Source: a virus
Lineage: Duplodnaviria; Caudoviricetes
DNA length: 53,745 bases
IMG/VR virus record: IMGVR_UViG_3300029258_002378
Location: 1-53,745 of that record
Strand: one strand, 5' to 3'
Part shown: in pieces, positions 38,552 to 46,343 of the stretch
Position numbering within the stretch: the stretch's first letter is position 1
Layout: each line of letters begins with the position of its first letter
Made by a program: the position numbers and the translations under genes
Notes under the pieces: generated by a model
What the model saw: the letters and a program-made list of their open reading frames with translations, nothing else
Database searches by the model: none
Told to the model about the DNA's origin: nothing

Positions 38552-39225
38552 GTACTTCTCCAATCCTCGGCATCACTTACCTTGTCGAAGGGCAAGCGAG
38601 TGCTGAAGTAAGCGTCAACGATGCAATTAACATTCTTGAAGCGGTAGCGTTTGGTGGAGTGAAGGATCGTGACCTTACTGCTCCCCCTGGTGGTGAGAGT
38701 AATGGTGACCGTTATATTGTTGGTGCACTAGCAACAGGGGCTTGGTCAAGTCAAGATGGTAAGATTGCGGTTTATTACGATGGGTGGTACTTCGTTACAG
38801 TTGCAGAGGGGTTTGAACTGTGGGTAGATGACGAAGACGTTAAAGTCACATACGATGGATCGAACTGGTATGTAACGAATCGTAAGACACGACGACTTAC
38901 CCTGCACTTCGATGACCCTGCTGCCGGCGATGAAGCACTTGCATTGCTTGTCGAATCAGCAATCACAATCACAAAACTTGTTGGTGTTATCAGCGGGGGT
39001 ACAAATGTTAACTTTGATGTAAGGCATCATACGGATCGCAGTAATGCTGGTAACGCTGTTAATTCAGCGGGACTTACTGTGACAAGTACAACGACAGGCA
39101 CAGTAGATACGTCATTCGATGATGCGACAGTGCCAACTAATTCTTTTGTCTGGGTCGAAATCGATTCTGTATCGGGATCAGTCGATTGGGCAGAACTGAT
39201 GATTGAGTTTACGGTGGACGGATAA
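38548..39225 (+). CDS. Tail fibre protein with DUF2793-like N-terminus
   Basis: GQASAEVSVNDAI..LE, DLTAPP, GDRYIV...ATGAW and GWYF motifs. Confidence 0.85.
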   Translation: MSTSPILGITYLVEGQASAEVSVNDAINILEAVAFGGVKDRDLTAPPGGESNGDRYIVGALATGAWSSQDGKIAVYYDGWYFVTVAEGFELWVDDEDVKVTYDGSNWYVTNRKTRRLTLHFDDPAAGDEALALLVESAITITKLVGVISGGTNVNFDVRHHTDRSNAGNAVNSAGLTVTSTTTGTVDTSFDDATVPTNSFVWVEIDSVSGSVDWAELMIEFTVDG

Positions 39226-39740
39226 TGTACTACGAAATTGAATCCATCCGAATTGTGAAAGGAAATAAGGGACTTGCTTGTCGTATCTTATACTGGGCGA
39301 GCAAGAAATCGTATGACCAAGGCGATGATCCTGAATTTCTTAACGATCACTTCTTTCCTCCCCCGCCAACAAGCAAACGTAAGCGGATCAAGATGCAGGA
39401 TGATTTGCTTGTACTTAAGGATGGGACAAAACTCACTCGCGAAAAAGCTGCTGAACTCGAAGAAAAGCAAATTAATGAATGGTGGGCAACGCACGATCCT
39501 AAGGATGGCATTGGCCCCCCCGGTCTAGATTGGGAATATGAAGAATACGACTGGGACATTGATGAGTTTATGAAAGCAGCATTTGTGCGTTGGTATAAAC
39601 GTGCAAAGGTGCGTGGATATAAAAAGGATGGGCGTGATAAGAGTAAGAAGAAAATTACAGATGATGGTCATATCTTCATGCAGCCTAAGATCAAAGCATT
39701 GAGGGGTAAGAAGTACGAACATACGGAGCTAGCACCCTAA
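39225..39740 (+). CDS. Hypothetical protein
   Basis: 1-bp overlaps with both neighbours. Confidence 0.75.
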   Translation: MYYEIESIRIVKGNKGLACRILYWASKKSYDQGDDPEFLNDHFFPPPPTSKRKRIKMQDDLLVLKDGTKLTREKAAELEEKQINEWWATHDPKDGIGPPGLDWEYEEYDWDIDEFMKAAFVRWYKRAKVRGYKKDGRDKSKKKITDDGHIFMQPKIKALRGKKYEHTELAP

Positions 39741-40327
39741 TGGCGGCATATACAGACTATGACGAAGGTATTTCTGATACTGGCCAAGATTGTTGTATGA
39801 AGATGAACGATTCCGGGTATAGTGAAACTCGCACCACTGATTATCATATTGCTGATTCAGCAGATGCCGATCGTTGGATAACTGGGATGAGGTGGGCTAG
39901 CGTCGATATTCCCCAAGGAGCAACGATTGATGGTGCAGTTGTAAATGTCTACATCGAAAACAATAATTACTGGGATAACTTATACACCACAATATGGGGA
40001 GAAGATGCAGACGATGCAAATGACTGGGCGAGTAACGATAATCCTCTCGATCGTGTAAGTACAACTGCTACTGTGAATTGGGGAGATGGATCAGGTGAAG
40101 GATTTGGGCAGTGGATCGAAAGTCCCGACATTTCAACAATCATCCAAGAGATTGTTAATCGGGCTAGTTGGGCAGGAGATCATCTTGTACTATGTATCGA
40201 AGGACGAACATCGGGAACTACTTACAATAGTCGGCAGTATTCAATGAATCAAGACATAGGGTACGCACCAACTTTGGAAATTGATTACACGGCAGGTGGA
40301 AATCCGATCGTCTGCATAGCGGCGTAA
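39740..40327 (+). CDS. Putative virion protein with DNRLRE-like beta-sandwich
   Basis: DIPQGATIDGA.V...PDISTIIQEIV...APTLEIDY pattern; SD GGAG. Confidence 0.6.
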   Translation: MAAYTDYDEGISDTGQDCCMKMNDSGYSETRTTDYHIADSADADRWITGMRWASVDIPQGATIDGAVVNVYIENNNYWDNLYTTIWGEDADDANDWASNDNPLDRVSTTATVNWGDGSGEGFGQWIESPDISTIIQEIVNRASWAGDHLVLCIEGRTSGTTYNSRQYSMNQDIGYAPTLEIDYTAGGNPIVCIAA

Positions 40328-40337
40328 ATTATAAAGA

Positions 40338-40778
40338 GTGTATTCCATGACAGAAAAAAGGCAAACATCTATGACCATGAAGTCGAAAAAACCAATCGGT
40401 GAAATGAATGGGCTTTGGGGTATTTTACTGAAAGTCCTATTGGTGACATTTGTTCCATGGGCAACATTTATCACATACAATCAAATCCTTGATAACGATT
40501 TTCGCGGACAAGGACGACGTTGGACGGCAACTGATGCTGAGGTACAGACAAAGACGATCATATCTGAACTTATCATCTTTGTCCATGAGGAATTGAGGAA
40601 ACACGAAAACAGTGGTCATGCTGTTCTGCAAGCTCGTATAGCATTTCTTGAGCGTGTATTTCCAGAGATCGTCGATTGCGAAAGCGACCGCATCGAAATC
40701 CTCCGAGCAATACAGCAAGACATTCATTCTTATGCCCAATTCGTAATGACTAAGCAACGTGAGTCGGAGGAGGGTTAA
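40338..40778 (+). CDS. Single-TM membrane protein (possible lysis accessory; start uncertain)
   Basis: Hydrophobic LWGILLKVLLVTFVPWATFI; last gene of the late operon. Confidence 0.55.
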   Translation: MYSMTEKRQTSMTMKSKKPIGEMNGLWGILLKVLLVTFVPWATFITYNQILDNDFRGQGRRWTATDAEVQTKTIISELIIFVHEELRKHENSGHAVLQARIAFLERVFPEIVDCESDRIEILRAIQQDIHSYAQFVMTKQRESEEG

Positions 40779-40845
40779 TTGGGGGGCAACCACTGATTGA
40801 CAGGGGAAACATATCGACTTATGTCGATTCATTGATACAATGGCC

Positions 40846-41080
40846 TATGTTTGGGGTATGTTCGTACAGGGCCGTAAATCGCCTGTAACGCGCTCGTCTG
40901 GGGGAACGACATATCCCCCCGCCCCCCGGCGTCGATGCGTGCAGGCGTGATATACGCCCCCCTAGCAGATGCGTTGTCGCCGACGCTTGACTGTGCATTA
41001 ACGTCCCCCGTAGGGGGGACAATATTCGGGGTATGTTCGGGGGATATACGATCGGGCGTATGTTCGGGGTATGTTCGGGG
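40846..41080. repeat. Cluster of 11-bp TATGTTCGGGG direct repeats
   Basis: Exact copies at 41032, 41059 and 41070; variants at 40846, 40857 and 41021. Confidence 0.85.
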
Positions 41081-41337
41081 GGTTCGATTGAGCGTGATAA
41101 TCGTCTCCTGTGCAATCGAGGAAGGGGAACGATTCATGTCCCACGACACATGCAGAAGGACGATACGTGCAATCCAGCGCGCCCGTACGGCATGCTATAT
41201 GTCGAACATCGGAACGAAACGACATACAACACACAACACGGGCGTCTTGTGTCGCCAACACGGTCCCTCCACGGGGGGAATATCCCATACGTCGAAACGA
41301 TGGATGGAAACGCTACACGACGATCCAATGCTGCCAT

Positions 41338-41370
41338 AAAAAAAGCCCCCCGGCGTAATGCCGGGAGGCG
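41338..41370 (-). terminator. Rho-independent terminator ending the early operon
   Basis: Minus strand GCCTCCCGGC-ATTAC-GCCGGGGGGC followed by T7. Confidence 0.88.
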
Positions 41371-41394
41371 TGACAAGGGGGAACGGGAAAACAG

Positions 41395-41592
41395 TCAAGC
41401 GGCGGGGTTGAATCCTACGCGCTGCTTGAATGTCGTCAACCGATTGTTGATTATTCGGCGAATTACTCGTCCATGCGACATTCCACGCCCCGCACACCTG
41501 GCAATTGTTCGAGCGATTACCCTTTCTCGTGCAGTGTTAACACGGCGCGCTAGCTCACGATCCATGTAAGCAATGGTGATTTGACGTTTCAT
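41395..41592 (-). CDS. Small basic hypothetical protein
   Basis: Between 41596..41808 and the terminator; Arg-rich. Confidence 0.55.
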   Translation of the reverse strand: MKRQITIAYMDRELARRVNTARERVIARTIARCAGRGMSHGRVIRRIINNRLTTFKQRVGFNPAA

Positions 41593-41595
41593 GCT

Positions 41596-41808
41596 TTATG
41601 ACTTTGTCGTAATAGTGACGGTGATGGCGTCGATCCCTTCAACCGCCTTCTTGTCAAGATAAACATTAGTGACGACTGCGTCTTCCTCTTCGTCGACTCG
41701 GAACACTGCCTTTCGCTTTGTGTCCCGTTCCCTTTGCATTACGACTTCGGCGATTACGTTCGTTGTTGCCGTCTTCTTTGTCGTTGACTTCTTCGTTGTC
41801 GCTGGCAT
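41596..41808 (-). CDS. Small protein with N-terminal TTKKSTTKK tail
   Basis: SD AAGGAG; MPATTKKSTTKKTATT followed by a short beta-rich domain. Confidence 0.8.
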   Translation of the reverse strand: MPATTKKSTTKKTATTNVIAEVVMQRERDTKRKAVFRVDEEEDAVVTNVYLDKKAVEGIDAITVTITTKS

Positions 41809-42790
41809 TGACTTGCTCCTTTTTAATCCTTGAGCGTGCTGACTTGATGCCGCCCCTGATTCCTCTGCTACGTAGCAGTTGACGGATACGGCGCTGTTCT
41901 ACCCGATTTCCCTTATCATATTGTTTCACAAGCAATTCTAATGATGTATTGTCGATCGTTTGCTGTAATGCAGCTCCTTTCTGTCCCTTCTTGCCTTTCG
42001 ATGCAGCAACGCCATCGAACACTGCACCATGTAGTAGTGAGGGAACTTTGCCATCGAGCGCCATTGCTGTGGATGTCACATCGATATTTAATGTGAGCGC
42101 GGGTTCGCCAGGGAATTCGCTTTCGATACGGAATTGTCTTGCACCACCACATCGTAATGCTGTGTCTCGCACTGTCGTCAAATCAAGAATGATTCGATCA
42201 AGTGTGGCAGACGACTTAATTGTGATGGCTGGATGATCCGCACGTTTCCGAATATCATCGATGGACTCATGTCCTTCTTCGTTTCCCTCATGGCGATAAA
42301 TGAACTTGTTGATTGCCGCACAGATATCAGCGTCCAACGACTTCTGTCTTTCGCGGGGGTCCTTGTCATAGTAGTACGGAATGGAGTCGAGCACATATGA
42401 GTGTTCGCCTTTCCGTGCATACAACCAAATTACCCAGCAATCGACTTCATCAATTGTTCGTGTACGACTCCAGAATCCCCAGAAATGAAAATCGCCAACA
42501 TCAACTGTTAGATGTGTCTTTGTATGGTCCCACTTAACGTCGTATTGGCAGAACCCGATATACTCCTGTTTAGTTGCATCGCTTGATTCGTTGTCTTCGA
42601 GATCGGATGAAGGAACTAGTTCATCGACGGGTACAATCAAACGATCGCCATCTTCAAAGTGAACGAGTGCCGTACCGTTACGGCGACATTGCTTTACTGT
42701 TCCGGGATAGTCTTCTCCGTTATCTGACCATATTACTGAGGTTCCTTTCTTGAGCTTTGTCGTCCTTGACGTTTCACAGTGTTTACCCAT
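41666..42790 (-). CDS. Multi-domain protein: N-terminal Tudor-like domain and C-terminal basic helical module
   Basis: SD AAGGAG; GTSVIWSDNGEDYPGTV...VHFEDGD; QRRIRQLLRSRGIRGG. Confidence 0.8.
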   Translation of the reverse strand: MGKHCETSRTTKLKKGTSVIWSDNGEDYPGTVKQCRRNGTALVHFEDGDRLIVPVDELVPSSDLEDNESSDATKQEYIGFCQYDVKWDHTKTHLTVDVGDFHFWGFWSRTRTIDEVDCWVIWLYARKGEHSYVLDSIPYYYDKDPRERQKSLDADICAAINKFIYRHEGNEEGHESIDDIRKRADHPAITIKSSATLDRIILDLTTVRDTALRCGGARQFRIESEFPGEPALTLNIDVTSTAMALDGKVPSLLHGAVFDGVAASKGKKGQKGAALQQTIDNTSLELLVKQYDKGNRVEQRRIRQLLRSRGIRGGIKSARSRIKKEQVNASDNEEVNDKEDGNNERNRRSRNAKGTGHKAKGSVPSRRRGRRSRH

Positions 42791-42877
42791 AAGCGTTGCT
42801 CCTTTACGTGCAAGAGTGCACGTTATCTCAACGTCTTGTCAATGTAAACTGACATCGACTGGGAAAAGAAAATCATT

Positions 42878-43111
42878 TTATGCGCCCGGTTCACGATGTT
42901 TTAACTGCAAGATCATATCGTCCTTCTTGATTCGCGGTATATGTCGTCGCAGCCGTCGGAAGGAACGAATCTTGATTACCCTTTTCGTCGTTAAGTTGGT
43001 TCCGACGTAACCACCATTGGGTAATTCGTAATCGATGCGAACTGGGACAATCTTGCCCGACACTTTTACTGCATATATGCCACCAACGTATACATCTGCT
43101 TTCCGAACCAT
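42878..43111 (-). CDS. Small basic beta-rich hypothetical protein
   Basis: SD AAGGAG; VGGIYAVKVSGKIVPVRI...GTNLTT. Confidence 0.8.
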   Translation of the reverse strand: MVRKADVYVGGIYAVKVSGKIVPVRIDYELPNGGYVGTNLTTKRVIKIRSFRRLRRHIPRIKKDDMILQLKHREPGA

Positions 43112-43129
43112 TGTGTTCTCCTTGCGTTA

Positions 43130-43369
43130 CTACCAGTTACGGTAGTCATCACGAAGCGAAATATACGATTCAAGCCAGGCGGACAATGGCAACGATCGAA
43201 GTCGTAGCACGCCAACACTTGACGAATACCAGCTACATGATGCATTATGAGAAAAGTACCAATAACCACGACCGGGCGACAGTTGAACATCATCCCCCGT
43301 ATGTGCTTTAATGAAACGTTCAACTTCACGAGCAGTTCGTGGTCTACGATCGGGAGTGAGGTCAGTCAT
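43130..43369 (-). CDS. Hypothetical protein
   Basis: Probable start MTDLTP just after the upstream stop codon. Confidence 0.6.
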   Translation of the reverse strand: MTDLTPDRRPRTAREVERFIKAHTGDDVQLSPGRGYWYFSHNASCSWYSSSVGVLRLRSLPLSAWLESYISLRDDYRNW

Positions 43370-43377
43370 CGTTGTTT

Positions 43378-43632
43378 TTACGCCGGCCTGATATGACAAC
43401 CGAATGATGCCCAGCGACCATCTGCGAACGGCCACTGCTTGAATGGCGAATATTTAACAACTCTGACTACTGTGTTATCCCCCCGCCGTTTGATGATTGC
43501 AGTGATATCCGTCTGTGACTCCGGCCAACACGAATCGTAGCGAAGCATATCCATCGGAAATGCACCAGTGAATGTAATCCTTGCTACGTGCCGCCACTTC
43601 ATGGGTTCGATTAACTTGATCGGGTTTGGCAT
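43378..43632 (-). CDS. Hypothetical protein (FPMDMLRYD motif)
   Basis: SD AAGGAG; G.FP.DMLRYD.C.P...RW.SFG pattern that I recall from small phage early proteins. Confidence 0.75.
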   Translation of the reverse strand: MPNPIKLIEPMKWRHVARITFTGAFPMDMLRYDSCWPESQTDITAIIKRRGDNTVVRVVKYSPFKQWPFADGRWASFGCHIRPA

Positions 43633-43749
43633 TACGTTACTCCTTGTAAACGTGTAGTTTTAAAACAAGAAAGCGGCGAGGGGCGTTCCCGCCGATCGCC
43701 ACGTATACTTCATGCTAATCGCTCAGTATGATACGTGAGCGATTGGTTG

Positions 43750-44208
43750 TTATGACTTCTTGGTCGTTGACTTCTTGGTCGTTGACTTCTTCGCCGTCTT
43801 CTTCGCCGTCGACTTCTTTGTCGTTGACTTCTTGGTCGTTGCACGAACACCGAGTCCCCCCGTATGTCCCCGACGACGAAGTGCACGACGAATCCGCTTC
43901 TTATCCTCGGGATCATCCGATGTCTTCAGCTCAGCGAGCAAATCCTTAACCTCCTTTTCAATCTCAGCCGGTGTCATTTCTTCGTGCAGTGAACGACGTC
44001 CCCGCTTCGAGATCGTCACATCACCGCGCTTCACTGCTGCGGCAGTGTACGTATGAGTTTCACCATCATCGAATTCGACAGTGATATTCCCCTTCGCTGT
44101 CTTGACGACTGAACCGCCGTACGTTTCACCGTCGCTCCACAGTGCATTGACGCGCTGTCCATCAGTGAATGAAACCGTGGCATTTCCGTTATTGTTACGA
44201 GTCGACAT
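43750..44208 (-). CDS. Tudor-like domain + basic helical module + H1-like KKSTT tail
   Basis: SD AGGAG; GQRVNALWSDGETYGGSV...VEFDDG; KKRIRRALRRRGHTGGL; TTKKS repeats. Confidence 0.85.
   Translation of the reverse strand: MSTRNNNGNATVSFTDGQRVNALWSDGETYGGSVVKTAKGNITVEFDDGETHTYTAAAVKRGDVTISKRGRRSLHEEMTPAEIEKEVKDLLAELKTSDDPEDKKRIRRALRRRGHTGGLGVRATTKKSTTKKSTAKKTAKKSTTKKSTTKKS
43753..43810. repeat. 58-bp direct repeat, copy 1 (15-bp and 12-bp tandem units encoding KKSTT/KKTA)
   Basis: Identical to 45477-45534. Confidence 0.92.
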
Positions 44209-44335
44209 TGCTTTGCTCCTATTACAAAGCGATTTAAAAAGTGGCAATCATCATCAGATCATGTCCGCCACGACATGATGACGTGCTCAGTCATGGAGCA
44301 CGTTTCGATTTACATTGTCAAGGCCCCCATCTCGA

Positions 44336-44533
44336 TCAAGATACTGTTTCCCACAAATGAAAACCATCAAGATCGATTACTAATCGAACGTAACCGTGAC
44401 GCTCGAGCTCTTTCATCTTGTCGTAGAATGCGCCCGCGCTCATGCCGTGGTCGATTCGGATCTTACCGACTGGACGTGGACCGTTTCGTTTGAGATAAGC
44501 GATGATCCGCTTGTCGAAGTCGTTGAGTTCCAT
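44336..44533 (-). CDS. Small winged-helix DNA-binding protein
   Basis: LNDFDKRIIAYLKRNG...MSAGAFYDKMKELERHGYV (AsnC/MarR-like wHTH); SD AGGAG. Confidence 0.75.
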   Translation of the reverse strand: MELNDFDKRIIAYLKRNGPRPVGKIRIDHGMSAGAFYDKMKELERHGYVRLVIDLDGFHLWETVS

Positions 44534-44586
44534 TGTGCCGTCTCCTGTGTTGTATGCTACGCGCTATGAATTGCTCGCGTGTTCAT

Positions 44587-44772
44587 TTATGTGGCATTGC
44601 GGACAAGACGTCGAATCTGCCGCTTCCATGTCGCCATGTCATCAGTGTGAACATTGAATGTTCCTAGCCAACGACCACGAATTGTTGATACGCTCCACAC
44701 TTCTCTACTATTACGTAGAGCACGAATAAATTGGACATCATAACGCTTATTGTTGATTCGCACTGTCATCAC
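44587..44772 (-). CDS. Small hypothetical protein
   Basis: SD AGGAG; first ORF after the structured leader. Confidence 0.65.
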   Translation of the reverse strand: MMTVRINNKRYDVQFIRALRNSREVWSVSTIRGRWLGTFNVHTDDMATWKRQIRRLVRNAT

Positions 44773-44799
44773 TCATACTCCTGTTTAGACGTGCATGAA

Positions 44800-44839
44800 G
44801 AAACGAAAATACAGCTCAGCGCGTTTCCGCGTTGAGCTG
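44800..44839 (-). terminator. Terminator-like hairpin with GAAA loop
   Basis: Minus strand CAGCTCAACGCG-GAAA-CGCGCTGAGCTG followed by TATTTTCGTTTC. Confidence 0.7.
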
Positions 44840-45136
44840 CTAGATTTACTCGGGGGCAGTTTTCCGATTTGCACGACTTTGCGGTCAAGCACCTACGTGC
44901 GGAGTTCGCCGGATTCACGGATCAATGTTCAGAGCCATATTTCGCGAGAAGGGGTAAACATCGAGCGCTGACCGGCCAAACCTCGGTAAGGTTGAGAATC
45001 GTCATTCTCGGGCGTCGCTGAGTTGATTCGTTGTTTTCCCCTTCGCTCCTCAGACATCGTTGTTCCGATCGGAACGTTTCCAACGTTGCCTGGCACAACT
45101 TGAAGGGGATCGCGGCGTTTCGTGTCAGCGCCTGGT

Positions 45137-45148
45137 TGTCAAAGAGCA
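45137..45148 (-). promoter_or_regulatory. boxA-like antitermination element TGCTCTTTGACA
   Basis: One mismatch to rrn boxA TGCTCTTTAACA; lies at the predicted transcript start. Confidence 0.75.
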
Positions 45149-45155
45149 CAGGGTC

Positions 45156-45184
45156 ATTATCGTAGATGCCGGGGGGTATCGCAA
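45156..45184 (-). promoter_or_regulatory. Sigma70-type early promoter
   Basis: TTGCGA-17 bp-GATAAT on the minus strand with an AT-rich upstream segment. Confidence 0.7.
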
Positions 45185-45361
45185 GGAAAAATGAGTATTT
45201 TCGCTAAAATTGTGGAGATTTTCAGGTGATACCCCGCTTTACGCCCCCGAAAACGCCGGTACGAACATTCCCCTAAGACGCCCTTTCCCAATTTGACACC
45301 TCCCAAAACTGGGTTAAAGATGACCAGTGTGTCATCTTTTAACGGTGGCATTATCGACACG

Positions 45362-45393
45362 AAAAATACCCCCGCCAAGTATGGTGGGGGCAT
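45362..45393 (-). terminator. Rho-independent terminator after the H1-like gene
   Basis: Minus strand ATGCCCCCACCA-TACT-TGGCGGGGGTAT followed by TTTT. Confidence 0.75.
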
Positions 45394-45425
45394 CTTGTGT
45401 CAATGAGTAACAATTGCCAGCGGCG

Positions 45426-46193
45426 TTATGCGGCGGGGCTACGTGTTTTTTTCTTGGTCGTTGACTTCTTGGTCGTTGACTTCTTGGTCGTTGACTTCTT
45501 GGTCGTTGACTTCTTCGCCGTCTTCTTCGCCGTCTTCTTTTGATCGCTGATGCGATATCCTTGCGCTCGCAGTCGAGCACGAATCTTCCTCTTCTCCGTT
45601 TGATCCTCTTCGTGGTCGAGCATGGCCAGCAATTGATCGATTGTATGCTCTGGCTGTCGACCGCCCGTCTTCTTCGTTGTTGTCTTCTTTGCTGTTTTCT
45701 TAGTTGTCTTCTTCTTGGCCATTTGTTCGTGTCCTTTCACGTTTGACCATTTAGAGAATGAGCGCTCAGATTTTCTGAGTCGACTGAAACGAGTACACTC
45801 GGCGTTGAATTCTCGAGCAGTTTTTGTTGACCGCTTTTTCAAGTCATCGAGTGTGGACAATCCTCGTTCAATGTTGGCAATGATTCGGTCTGCTTCCTCC
45901 TTATGCTTTCGTAATACGATCATTTCTTGTCGTAATCGATCGGCCGATTCCGAAGTGTTCTGTACTAGTCTGTGATACTGAGCTATTTGCTCTCGATTCC
46001 TTGGTTCAACTGGACGTCCAGGACGATACGGGTTTAGATCGAACTTGAACCCTTCGATACGCAAATCCTTAGTTGCCACCATTTTGTACAGTTTAGTACG
46101 TGTCTTCTTGTGTGCGGATTCAAGGTCGTCCCGTATCTTTGTGAGAGTGGTGATGAACTGCTTCGGTGTTTGTTGTCTCGGTGTGCGGGGCAT
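45426..46193 (-). CDS. Coiled-coil protein in frame with a histone-H1-like C-terminal part (own SD/ATG at 45722)
   Basis: AAAGGA before internal MAKKKTTKKTAKK; module IDQLLAML...KRKIRARLRAQG; KKSTT repeats. Confidence 0.75.
   Translation of the reverse strand: MPRTPRQQTPKQFITTLTKIRDDLESAHKKTRTKLYKMVATKDLRIEGFKFDLNPYRPGRPVEPRNREQIAQYHRLVQNTSESADRLRQEMIVLRKHKEEADRIIANIERGLSTLDDLKKRSTKTAREFNAECTRFSRLRKSERSFSKWSNVKGHEQMAKKKTTKKTAKKTTTKKTGGRQPEHTIDQLLAMLDHEEDQTEKRKIRARLRAQGYRISDQKKTAKKTAKKSTTKKSTTKKSTTKKSTTKKKTRSPAA
45477..45534. repeat. 58-bp direct repeat, copy 2 (inside a longer TTCTTGGTCGTTGAC x4 array from 45451)
   Basis: Identical to 43753-43810. Confidence 0.92.
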
Positions 46194-46280
46194 GGAAAAG
46201 ACCCTTGGGGATATAGAACAATCACAGACTCGAAGCGTATATTACCAAACTCGTAGTCGAGTATCAGTATTTTTTTCCAT

Positions 46281-46343
46281 AAAAAAGCCCCCGTCGGGAA
46301 GGAGCAAATACGTGCAACACGCTTTTACCCGCCGGGGACTTTT
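46281..46343 (-). terminator. Terminator-like hairpin with a ~30-nt loop after DNA polymerase
   Basis: Minus strand AAAAGTCCCCGGCGGG...CCCGACGGGGGC followed by T6. Confidence 0.7.

Larger units (their letters stand above)
44800..45150 (-). ncRNA. Candidate ~345-nt structured RNA / antitermination leader
   Basis: Bounded by a promoter and a terminator-like hairpin; boxA at the 5' end; several nested helices found by eye. Confidence 0.6.

Noticed and set aside
36170-40327. Diversity-generating retroelement or invertible tail-fibre cassette
   Set aside because: I saw no reverse transcriptase, recombinase or template/variable repeat pair.
40846-41080. TATGTTCGGGG repeats as a mini-CRISPR, or as coding repeats of ORFs 40829..41149 and 40935..41339
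   Set aside because: The units are only 11 bp and irregularly spaced; the ORFs lack SDs and the repeat shifts frame within them.
44922-45149. 75-aa ORF overlapping the structured RNA
   Set aside because: Its GTG lies at the predicted transcript start and overlaps boxA, it has no SD or recognisable motif, and base pairing explains the sequence better. A leaderless peptide is not fully excluded.
45293-45321. Plus-strand TTGACA as an antisense promoter toward the H1-like gene
   Set aside because: The -10 element (AAAGAT) is poor and nothing else supports it.
45451-45534. 15-bp tandem repeats as a CRISPR array
   Set aside because: There are no spacers; unit lengths are multiples of 3 and encode KKSTT/KKTA.
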